From the NCBI GenBank assembly GCA_947303785.1, contig CAMYZH010000001.1:3896-67895 (forward strand): a stretch of 64,000 nucleotides of DNA, written 5' to 3'. A program made the position numbers and the translations under genes. Of the stretch, positions 30,900 to 39,229 are shown one piece after another. Below the pieces are notes generated by a model. That model did no database searches. It was not told the origin of the DNA and saw only the letters and a list, made by a program, of their open reading frames with translations. Position 1 is the stretch's first letter. Each line of letters begins with the position of its first letter. This DNA comes from an uncultured Clostridium sp. (GTDB lineage Bacteria > Bacillota > Clostridia > TANB77 > CAG-508).

Positions 30900-31474
30900 A
30901 AAAATAAGATGGTAGAAATTTAAGTAAATTTTACGGTTTAGGTCTAGCAGAATTTCTCTGCTTCTTACTAAGCATTACTGCTTAGCTGTTTCCATTTAAA
31001 AGAAGCATTCCATAAAGCTTGGAAAGCTAGATCACCACTAAAATCCGTACCTTAATCCCTAAATTTCCCTGCTTCTCAATCGAAGCAAACATTCTAGAAG
31101 TTTTCCTTCATATACTAGAACTATTACTAGTCTCTGTTGCAATAATGATTTCATAGTCTCAAAAATCAGCAACGTGGCCTCGCACTAATTCTCAAGTAAC
31201 GACTAATCCCAAGATTATCACTCAAGACAGATTTATTGTATAACAAATGCCATACATTTAACTTAGATTAATATCACAAAAGATACAAATTGTGATAGTG
31301 AAAATAGGATTATAATATATGCCATTATATCTCTTCCTAAGTTCTTTGCTCCTTATGCCAGCACAAAATTGGCATTTCATGCAAAACATAGGGCGCCACA
31401 TCTAAATAAACCATGTGTGGATTTTTAGCCCCACCTTCGTAATAGCCTGTATAACTAGAATAATGCACCATCTG
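30900..31474 (-). ncRNA. Candidate large (~575 nt) structured non-coding RNA or giant structured leader; class unassigned
   Basis: No ORF of 60 aa or more on either strand. G+C is 22-27 per 60 nt versus about 10 per 60 nt in flanking coding sequence. It has its own promoter and many perfect 5-8 bp stems. See findings. Confidence 0.55.
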
Positions 31475-31480
31475 TTTTCT

Positions 31481-31509
31481 ATTATACCAATTATATCTAA
31501 AAATAGCAA
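31481..31509 (-). promoter_or_regulatory. Near-consensus sigma-A promoter with extended -10, reading into the ORF-free region
   Basis: Minus strand TTGCTA (31509-31504), 17 nt spacer, TGgTATAAT (31489-31481). Confidence 0.55.
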
Positions 31510-31549
31510 ATGATTAAAATAACTTTTGTAGTTTATTTTAATCATCTGC
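31499..31549 (-). terminator. Rho-independent terminator of the 867-aa gene
   Basis: 17-bp AT-rich stem GCAGATGATTAAAATAA / TTATTTTAATCATTTGC (31506-31549, one G-U pair), followed on the minus strand by TATTTTT. Confidence 0.65.
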
Positions 31550-31561
31550 TATAAATAATCT

Positions 31562-34165
31562 TTATTTTTTCTTAGTTTTTTTCTTTTTCCCTACTGAACC
31601 TTTATCTTCTTTTATACTTTTTTCTATTTTTTTATTTTTAACCTTTTCATTATATACTTCTTCGATTATATTGATTTCTTTTTCATCTTTTTTCTTTGTT
31701 TTATTTTTCTCTTGACTTACTTCTTCTGCTAAATTAATATCTTTTTTAATTTTTTTATCTTTTTTATCCTTTTTTTCTTCGCTAAATATATTTTCTTTTA
31801 AACTTACATTGTATTCTTCAATATAAACTGTAAGTATTCTTGGATATATTTGGTCTGGCATATTAAAATATCTATTAGTTTTAATTTTTTCTTTTGAAAC
31901 AAGCTCAAATTCAAACATACTACTATCTATTATCATTTTTGAATTTATATCCATTCCAACTGGTAGTGTATTATTTAAATTATCATAATATACTGCATTA
32001 GTTAATAAAATAGCAGGGAAGCCTTCTTTTAGATTTAGCTTAAATAATTTTACACTAGATTCAAATTTATTATCATATGTTTGCAACTCTCTTTCAGCGT
32101 TCATATCGCAAACACAATAATCTGACTGATGTACCTTTTCATTTGCAGGCATAACTTTATATAAAGAAATGTTATAATCAAATTTAATCTTGTGTATTGC
32201 CTCTTTTATCATATTTGTTGCCATTTCTAGTTTTTCAGTAAATTCAAATACATCAATTTTTTTGTTAATATCTAATACTTGATATTTGTCTTTTTCATTT
32301 TCTCTATGAGATTTATTGTTTAAATAACGTACCTTGCTTGACTCATCTTTCATTGCACCAAAAATATCAAAATCTACTTTTTTTGAAGATTGTGTAGCTG
32401 AGGTTGTTAAATATTCGCTTTTTAAGTTTCTAAGCATATCATCAATTGCATCTTTATTCATATCTTTATTTTTTAGCATGTTTATTATTGGTAGAACATT
32501 TGTGCTTGCAATAAATATACTATCAAATTCTTGTTTTGAAAATTTAGTTCTTTGAAGTTTATCATATGTTATTCCAACATCTTCAAAATCATAATCATAA
32601 TCAAAAACTTTCTTTAATTTAGGTACATTTTCTGAATACTCTTCACTTCCGCTCTCTAATGCTAAAACATTATCTTTATTAGCAAATTTCCAAAAATCAA
32701 AAATACTTTTTTTGTGTTCATCAATTTCATTAATATAAATAGTAGCATTTTCTATTTTTTTATCAGTATTTGCAATCTTAAGTTCTAATGCTTTAATATC
32801 TTGTTTTAAATCTTTAACATATCTTTGACTTTTATCGTATAAACTCTGTACTGTAACCAAATCATCAATTGTATGATACTTTTTGTCATCACTATATCCT
32901 TGAATAGGTTTTAGTTTTGTGTCTGTGTCTTCAGTTTCATTTTCTTTTTCATCTTTTTCTTCAACTTTTTCTTTTAGATTTTTTTTCTTTGAAAAGAAAT
33001 ATCTTACTTTTCCCAAAAATGATTTTTTACACTCTAAAAACATAGTAATTTCTTTTTGTTTCATAAAGTATTCAGCATCTTTTTCTTTAGATTTTTCTTT
33101 TAATTCTTTTAATTTCTTTTCAAGTTCAAATGATTCTTGATTAAACTTTTTAATTTCTGCTTCTGTAGAAATATACTTATCTTTTATAAAATCAGGTAAA
33201 TCACTGAAAGATATTTTTTTACCTTCATATAAAAATTCTATCCCATTTTTATCATTTATTTGAGTAGTAAAATTATATCTTCCACCAAGTTCTGTTTGCA
33301 TTATGAATAATGCTTTAATTAATTTATAAAAAGTTTCTGCTTGTTCTTTGTTATCTAAAACAATTTTGTACATAGATTTTAGGTTTTCATAAATTGGTGT
33401 TTCTCCAACTATTTGTAATGTAAGTTTATCATTTATGTCATGTACCTCATAAGTAAGTGACCAATTTTTTGTGAATACCCATAAGTAATTTTCAATATCA
33501 TTAATCTGTTTTGTAGTTAGGAATTCTTCACTGTAATTTACATATGAAATTGGTACATAGATTTTTTCGTCTTTACCACTTTTCTCAAGCTCTATTCTCT
33601 TTTTCAATAAATAAAATAGGTAATCAAATGTATCTTCTTTTAATGATGCAAGCATAAAATATCTGTTTGTTTCTTGCGAATAGTATATTTGCCATAATTG
33701 GTTTCTATTATAATGAACTAAAAATGGTATTTTTTCGGCCATTTTGGATTGTTCTATATCAATTCTTTTAATGTTTATATCAGAAATTTTTTGAAAAACT
33801 CTTAGTAATTCCACTGTTTTTTCTGGATCTTCAGCACTTAGCTTTATAAATTCTCCAAATGGTAGTGAATGAGTATATTTTTCTTTGATTGAATCATCTC
33901 TATATGATGTTGTACAAAAGATTTCTATGTCTTTAATTGATATATATTTATATACTTTTAATTCTTTATCATTATTTAATCTTGAAGGATTAAATATAAT
34001 TGGTTTATTTTCATCTAGGAATTGTGGTAAATTATCTAAATCTAGTCCTATAACACTTAATTTTTCTTTTATATCTTCTTTAGTAATCAAATCTTTACTA
34101 CTCCCTTCGTAAAAAATCTTCAAAAAAATCAATGATAGTATATCATATAGAAAAATTTTTTCCAA
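31562..34165 (-). CDS. Large hypothetical protein with a central coiled coil and a strongly Lys-rich C-terminal tail
   Basis: 867-aa ORF. The start is uncertain: TTG at 34165, or a TTG about 25 codons downstream behind GAAGGGAG. The last ~90 aa are K/E-rich (KKDKKDKKIKK...GKKKKTKKK). No family recognised. Confidence 0.6.
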   Translation of the reverse strand: MEKIFLYDILSLIFLKIFYEGSSKDLITKEDIKEKLSVIGLDLDNLPQFLDENKPIIFNPSRLNNDKELKVYKYISIKDIEIFCTTSYRDDSIKEKYTHSLPFGEFIKLSAEDPEKTVELLRVFQKISDINIKRIDIEQSKMAEKIPFLVHYNRNQLWQIYYSQETNRYFMLASLKEDTFDYLFYLLKKRIELEKSGKDEKIYVPISYVNYSEEFLTTKQINDIENYLWVFTKNWSLTYEVHDINDKLTLQIVGETPIYENLKSMYKIVLDNKEQAETFYKLIKALFIMQTELGGRYNFTTQINDKNGIEFLYEGKKISFSDLPDFIKDKYISTEAEIKKFNQESFELEKKLKELKEKSKEKDAEYFMKQKEITMFLECKKSFLGKVRYFFSKKKNLKEKVEEKDEKENETEDTDTKLKPIQGYSDDKKYHTIDDLVTVQSLYDKSQRYVKDLKQDIKALELKIANTDKKIENATIYINEIDEHKKSIFDFWKFANKDNVLALESGSEEYSENVPKLKKVFDYDYDFEDVGITYDKLQRTKFSKQEFDSIFIASTNVLPIINMLKNKDMNKDAIDDMLRNLKSEYLTTSATQSSKKVDFDIFGAMKDESSKVRYLNNKSHRENEKDKYQVLDINKKIDVFEFTEKLEMATNMIKEAIHKIKFDYNISLYKVMPANEKVHQSDYCVCDMNAERELQTYDNKFESSVKLFKLNLKEGFPAILLTNAVYYDNLNNTLPVGMDINSKMIIDSSMFEFELVSKEKIKTNRYFNMPDQIYPRILTVYIEEYNVSLKENIFSEEKKDKKDKKIKKDINLAEEVSQEKNKTKKKDEKEINIIEEVYNEKVKNKKIEKSIKEDKGSVGKKKKTKKK

Positions 34166-34199
34166 TACTTTTAGAGATTTCTCTTATTTCATAAACATA

Positions 34200-34235
34200 A
34201 GGAACAGTAGAAATGCTACCATTCCTACTGTTCCT
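34200..34235 (-). terminator. Probable terminator downstream of thrS
   Basis: 11-bp stem AGGAACAGTAG / CTACTGTTCCT (34200-34210 / 34225-34235). The trailing T-run is weak. Confidence 0.45.
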
Positions 34236-34261
34236 ACTATTTCTTTAATTATACATTTTTG

Positions 34262-36043
34262 CTAAAAAGCCATATTCTCAATTTCTTCTTTAATCTTTGA
34301 AATAAAGTCTTCAAGAGGCATTTGTCCAATATCTCCTTCTTTTCTTTTTCTAACTCCTACAGCTTTTGCTTCCTGTTCTTTTTCTCCTATAATTAGCATA
34401 TATGGTGTTTTCTTAAGTTGGCCTTCTCTTATTTTATATCCGATTTTTTCTTGTCTATCATCTAATTCAACTCTGATTCCTTGTTTAATCAAACTTTCTT
34501 CTACTTCTTTAGCATAATCAATATATTTATCAGATATTGATAAAATTCTAACTTGTACAGGTGATAGCCAAAGTGGAAGAAATCCTTTTGTTTCTTCTAA
34601 TAAGAAAGCAATAAATCTATCTGATGATCCAAGAATTGCTCTGTGAATTACAACTGGTCTATGTTCTTTACCATCTTCACCAATATAAGATAAATCAAAT
34701 CTTTCTGGAAGTGCAAAATCTAATTGACATGTTGGAATTGTTACATCATGATTTAGCGCTGTCTTGATCTGTATATCAATTTTTGGACCGTAAAATGCAG
34801 CTTCTCCTTCAGCTTCATAAAAATCTATATTTAATTCTTTTAATATTGCTCTTAATTGATTTTCTGCTGTTTCCCACATTTCATCATTGTCAATGTATTT
34901 TTCTTTATTCGTTTTATCTCTTAAAGATAATCTATATTGAAAAGCTGAATGTGGAAAATTAAAATCTTTTTCATAAACTTCTGTAATTAATTGAAGTACC
35001 TTTCCGACTTCTTCTTTTATTTGATCTGGTCTTACAAAAAGGTGTGCATCATTTTGACACATTTGTCTAACTCTTTCTAAGCCGCAAACTGATCCACTAT
35101 CTTCATATCTAAAATCATGTGCTATTTCACCAATTTTTATTGGTAAATCTCTATATGATCTCATTTTGCTTTTATAAATTAACATATGATGTGGACAATT
35201 CATTGGTCTTAAAACTAGTTCTTCATTTTCCATCTTCATTACTGGAAACATATCTTCTTTGTAATGGTCCCAATGTCCTGAAGTTTTGTATAAACTTACA
35301 TTTGCAAGTGATGGTGTGTATACATGTTTGTATCCTCTAACTAATTCTTTGTCTTGAATGTATCTTTCAAGTATTCTTCTAATTGTAGCTCCATCTGGTA
35401 AATACATTGGTAGTCCAGATCCTACTAAAGGATGTGTCATAAATAATTCTAGATCTTTTCCAATTTTTCTATGATCTCTTTCTTTTGCTTCTTCTAACAT
35501 TTGCAAATGTTCTTCAAGCATGCTTGCTTTTGGGAATGAAATACCATAAATTCTTTGAAGCATTTTATTTTTTTCGTCACCTCTCCAGTAAGCACCTGAA
35601 GTTGATAATAATTTAAAAGCTTTGATAGGACCTGTTGATGGTATATGTGGTCCTTTGCAAAGGTCAGTATAGTCTCCTTGCTTATAAAAAGAAATAACTT
35701 CTCCTTCAGGTAAATCATTTATTAATTCTACCTTATAAGGCTCTCCTTTTTCTTCCATTAATTTGATTGCATCTTCTCTTGGAAGTTCGAATCTTTCAAG
35801 TTCTAAGTCTTGTTTTACAATGTTTTTCATTTCCTCTTCTATAGCTTTTAGGTCTTCTTCAGAAAATGGCTTTTCAACATCAAAGTCATAATAAAATCCA
35901 CTTTCAATTGATGGTCCAATTGCTAGTTTTGCATTTGGAAATAATTTTTTTACAGCTTGGGCCATAACATGTGAAGTTGTGTGCCAAAAACTAGCCTCAT
36001 CAACATCCATTGTTCTTCCGCCACTTAATTTGATTTTAAACAT
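34262..36043 (-). CDS. thrS: Threonine--tRNA ligase (N-terminal TGS domain largely absent)
   Basis: 593 aa. The editing-domain motif HTTSHVMAQA sits at residue ~21, and class II motifs and the anticodon-binding domain are present. A strong RBS AAAGGAGG precedes the ATG. Confidence 0.95.
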   Translation of the reverse strand: MFKIKLSGGRTMDVDEASFWHTTSHVMAQAVKKLFPNAKLAIGPSIESGFYYDFDVEKPFSEEDLKAIEEEMKNIVKQDLELERFELPREDAIKLMEEKGEPYKVELINDLPEGEVISFYKQGDYTDLCKGPHIPSTGPIKAFKLLSTSGAYWRGDEKNKMLQRIYGISFPKASMLEEHLQMLEEAKERDHRKIGKDLELFMTHPLVGSGLPMYLPDGATIRRILERYIQDKELVRGYKHVYTPSLANVSLYKTSGHWDHYKEDMFPVMKMENEELVLRPMNCPHHMLIYKSKMRSYRDLPIKIGEIAHDFRYEDSGSVCGLERVRQMCQNDAHLFVRPDQIKEEVGKVLQLITEVYEKDFNFPHSAFQYRLSLRDKTNKEKYIDNDEMWETAENQLRAILKELNIDFYEAEGEAAFYGPKIDIQIKTALNHDVTIPTCQLDFALPERFDLSYIGEDGKEHRPVVIHRAILGSSDRFIAFLLEETKGFLPLWLSPVQVRILSISDKYIDYAKEVEESLIKQGIRVELDDRQEKIGYKIREGQLKKTPYMLIIGEKEQEAKAVGVRKRKEGDIGQMPLEDFISKIKEEIENMAF

Positions 36044-36149
36044 ATAAATTCCTCCTTTGCCTTTTAATATAGGCTAAACAAAATTTATTTTAAGCTGTGC
36101 TATAGAGGGCTTTTCATGAAAATTTTAAATTTGCACCAGAATTTAAAAT

Positions 36150-36379
36150 AAAAACAAAAAGCCCCTATAAGCATTTTTAGCTTATAGGGGTAAGTTTATT
36201 TCTTACGGTTCCACCCTAATGTTTAACTCTTAACCGTTTTAACGCAACATCCACGCTTTTCTTTCGAAAAGAAACTCCAGGCTAGTTTTTCCTAAATGTT
36301 TATCAAGATTAGCTTTCAGCCGGTGACTAATCATCTCTTTTAACAACCTTTTTAGTACTTTGTCCCTTCTTCGTTTACA
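36150..36379 (-). promoter_or_regulatory. T-box riboswitch leader (Thr specifier) with intrinsic terminator
   Basis: Minus strand features: stem I AGAAGGGACAAAGTA; a specifier loop with ACC followed by G (complement of 36322-36324); the T-box sequence CATTAGGGTGGAACCGTAAG (36204-36222); and the terminator CCCCTATAAGC/GCTTATAGGGG (36161-36190) followed by a T-run. Confidence 0.85.
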
Positions 36380-36385
36380 TGTATT

Positions 36386-36414
36386 ATTTTACAATTAAAA
36401 ATTGTTTATGTCAA
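36386..36414 (-). promoter_or_regulatory. thrS/T-box promoter
   Basis: Minus strand TTGACA (36414-36409), 17 nt spacer, TAAAAT (36391-36386). Confidence 0.6.
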
Positions 36415-36546
36415 GTGTCAAATGGGACTGTCAAATGGGACGGAGGATTTTGACACTAAAATAAATACTAGCAATTCTTAATATAATATAATTATTTAAA
36501 ATAGTGTCAAAATCCTCCGTCCCATTTGACAGTCCCATTTGACACT
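36414..36546. repeat. 133-bp palindromic element: perfect 44-bp inverted arms around a 45-nt AT-rich centre
   Basis: Arm 36414-36457 (AGTGTCAAATGGGACTGTCAAATGGGACGGAGGATTTTGACACT) is the exact reverse complement of 36503-36546. Each arm contains a tandem 13-bp unit TGTCAAATGGGAC repeated twice. Confidence 0.9.
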
Positions 36547-37323
36547 ACCCTAAAGCAACATCTAATACCATCATTATAACAAACCCTATCGCAACACCAA
36601 TTGTTGCTAAATTAGAATGTTCTCCTTCTTGTGCTTCAGGTATTAATTCTTCAACAACAACATATATCATCGCTCCTGCTGCAAATGAAAGCAAATATGG
36701 TAGAACAGGTACTATTGCTTTCGTTAATAATATCGTTATTATTGCTCCAATTGGTTCTACTATTCCTGATAGTGTACCATATAAAAAGGCTTTAGTCTTT
36801 GACAATCCTTCACTCTTAAGTGGCATAGAGATTATTGCACCTTCTGGAAAGTTTTGAATTGCTATTCCGAATCGCAAGTGCAAAAGCTCCTGCCATTGTT
36901 ATTCCAGCATTTCCAAGTAGTGCACCTGCAAATGTAACTCCCACTGCCATTCCGTTCAGGGATATTATGAAGAGTAACTGCAAGGACAAGCATTGTTGTT
37001 TTTTTTAGTTCTGCCCTTATGCCTTCTGGTTTCTCATCATGTAAATGTAAGTGTGGAATTAAACTATCTAAACCTAATAAAAATAAAATACCTAAAATAA
37101 ACCCTATGGCAGCAGGAAACCAAGAAATTCTGTTTTGTTCTGTAGCCATTTCAATTGAAGGAATTAAAAGTGACCATACAGATGCTGCTATCATTACACC
37201 AGATGCAAAACCTAGTAATACTTTCTCAATACTTTTGTTAATCTTATTTTTCATAAAGAAAACCATAAAACTTCCTGCAGAAGTTCCTATAAATGGTATG
37301 GCCAAACCCAAAAACAAATTCAT
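36545..37323 (-). pseudogene. ZIP-family (ZupT/GufA-like) zinc transporter with two +1 frameshifts
   Basis: Track ORFs 36862-37323 and 36545-36883 are the N- and C-terminal parts. The conserved HNIPEGMAVGV and LAIGIAIQNFPEG motifs read correctly only if one C is removed at 36954 and another at 36869 (minus strand gaaCggaatggca and attCggaatagca). Confidence 0.8.
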
Positions 37324-37337
37324 AACTATACCTTCTT

Positions 37338-39083
37338 TTAACTATTTTTAATCTTTTTAATAATTTCATCTTTTGAAATTTTTATTGTAGTTGGTCTTCC
37401 ATGTGGACATGTATAAGGATTTTGAAGTGACAAAAGTCCTTTAATTAAATCATGAACTTCTTGTTCTTTTAAATCCATATGTGCTTTTACTGCAGCTTTA
37501 CAAGCCACTGTTGCTATAAATCTTTCTTCGACATCTTTTAAATTACTTCTTTGCCCTGTAAGCATTTCATCTAATACATCTAAAAAAATCTGCTTTGTAT
37601 CAGTTTTATATTCTAGATTTGGTATTCCGTTAATTTTAACAGAATTTTGCCCAAATGGCTCGATTACAAATCCAATAGTTTTGAATAATTCAATATTTTC
37701 TTTGATAAACTCCATTTCTTTATGTGATAAACTTAGTATTTCTGGAACTAATCTCATTTGAATATTATTACTTAAATTATCTTTATAATTTGCTTTAATT
37801 TGTTCATATAATAGTCTTTCATGAGCTGCATGTTGATCCATCAAATACAGTTCATCTCCAATTTCAATTATAATATATGTTCTAAACAAGATCCCTAGAT
37901 ATTTATAATCAATATTTCTTTTTTCTTCCCTTTTGATTAAATCATCTGCTTTTGGCAAAGTATAATTACTTTTTTCCTCTTTAATTTGCTCAGATATATC
38001 ATCAGCTTTTTTATCTGTAAAATGATTTGTTAAAAATGCATATTCATTTTCAACATATTCTTTTTTCTCCTCTTTTTCATTGTTTCCAAGAAATTGGCTA
38101 CTAAGCAGGGCATCTTTTATGGCATGGTAAAATACCTTATAAATCTTATTTTCATCATTAAATCTAACTTCCTGCTTTGTAGGATGAACATTGACATCAT
38201 AATTATCTGCTGACATTTCTAGGTTTAAAATAAAAAATCCATATTTCCCAATTCCTGTAGCTCCTTTAAAAGCTTGGTCAGCACTACTTGTTAAAACAGC
38301 ATTCCTAATATTCCTTTTGTTTAAATAAATAATTTGATCTTTTCTTGTATCTTTTGCAATTCTTGTGTTTCCCACAACTCCCTTAACTTTTATTCCTTCA
38401 AGCTCATAATCAACTTTTACAATATTTTCTTGTATTTCTTTACCATAAATTGTATAAATAATATCTTCAATTTTACCGTTTCCACTTGAATAAAATACAT
38501 TTTTTCCATCTATAATAAGCTTGAATGATACTTCAGGATTTACAAGTGCTGTTTTTTCAATCCACTCTTTAATAAATCTTGCCTCTGTAAAATCCTGTTT
38601 TAGGAATTTATATCGTACTGGCGTATTGAAGAAAAGATCTTCAACAATAATTGTGGTTCCCTGTTTTCCACCAGTTTCCTCCCTACTTAGAATATCTCCT
38701 GCAGATGCAATAATTTTATTTGCGTAATCTGAATCTTTTGTTCTAGATATTATAGTTAACTTAGATATAGCACAAATACTTGCTAAAGCTTCACCTCTAA
38801 ACCCCATTGTATATGTATTCTCAAGGTCTTCAATCTTTCTGATTTTACTTGTTGCATGTCTTTCAATTGAAAGTTCCATATCATCTTCTGGCATTCCTTT
38901 TCCATTGTCTTGTATTCGGATTAAAGATTTTCCACCTTTTTTTATTTCAACTAAAACAGATGTTGCTCCAGCATCTAACGAATTTTCAACCAATTCTTTT
39001 ACAACATTAGCTGGTCTTTCAATTACTTCTCCTGCGGCTATTTTATTAATTGTAAGCTCATCTAATTGTACAATATCTCCCAT
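37338..39083 (-). CDS. mutL: DNA mismatch repair protein MutL (endonuclease type)
   Basis: 581 aa. GHKL ATPase motifs (ELVENSLDAGA, DNGKGM, GFRGEAL), the C-terminal endonuclease motif DQHAAHERLLYE, and CPHGRP. Confidence 0.95.
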   Translation of the reverse strand: MGDIVQLDELTINKIAAGEVIERPANVVKELVENSLDAGATSVLVEIKKGGKSLIRIQDNGKGMPEDDMELSIERHATSKIRKIEDLENTYTMGFRGEALASICAISKLTIISRTKDSDYANKIIASAGDILSREETGGKQGTTIIVEDLFFNTPVRYKFLKQDFTEARFIKEWIEKTALVNPEVSFKLIIDGKNVFYSSGNGKIEDIIYTIYGKEIQENIVKVDYELEGIKVKGVVGNTRIAKDTRKDQIIYLNKRNIRNAVLTSSADQAFKGATGIGKYGFFILNLEMSADNYDVNVHPTKQEVRFNDENKIYKVFYHAIKDALLSSQFLGNNEKEEKKEYVENEYAFLTNHFTDKKADDISEQIKEEKSNYTLPKADDLIKREEKRNIDYKYLGILFRTYIIIEIGDELYLMDQHAAHERLLYEQIKANYKDNLSNNIQMRLVPEILSLSHKEMEFIKENIELFKTIGFVIEPFGQNSVKINGIPNLEYKTDTKQIFLDVLDEMLTGQRSNLKDVEERFIATVACKAAVKAHMDLKEQEVHDLIKGLLSLQNPYTCPHGRPTTIKISKDEIIKKIKNS

Positions 39084-39229
39084 AATTTACTTCCTTTCGA
39101 CTACTACTTTCCGACTACTACCTTTTTTAATCTTTCAAACCCTGATTTATATTATGTATAATCTAATTTTTTGTGCACATATTTTCTTTTGCAATAATTC
39201 GAGCCTCTACTTATGATTGCACTTTGTAA

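Noticed and set aside
30907-31473. A 7-nt complementarity between the extreme ends of the RNA candidate, read as a closing helix.
   Set aside because: I keep it only as a weak observation. A 7-mer match across ~560 nt is expected by chance fairly often, so it carries no statistical weight without covariation.
30900-31474. Whether the ORF-free region is RNase P RNA, tmRNA (smpB is in the window), SRP RNA or a riboswitch.
   Set aside because: None of the following is present: the P4 GAGGAAAGUCC motif with ACAGAA-N-GGCUUA in the right order, a tRNA-like GGUUCGA-UCC...CCA end, T-box or B12-box motifs, or the SRP domain IV GGAA/AGCA symmetric loop context. At ~575 nt the region is also too long for these classes. 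These checks rely on motifs recalled from memory only.
36414-36546. The tandem 13-bp units as a CRISPR array or a tRNA/att site.
   Set aside because: There are only two tandem copies per arm, with no spacers, arranged as a perfect palindrome. No cas genes, integrase or tRNA lie nearby.
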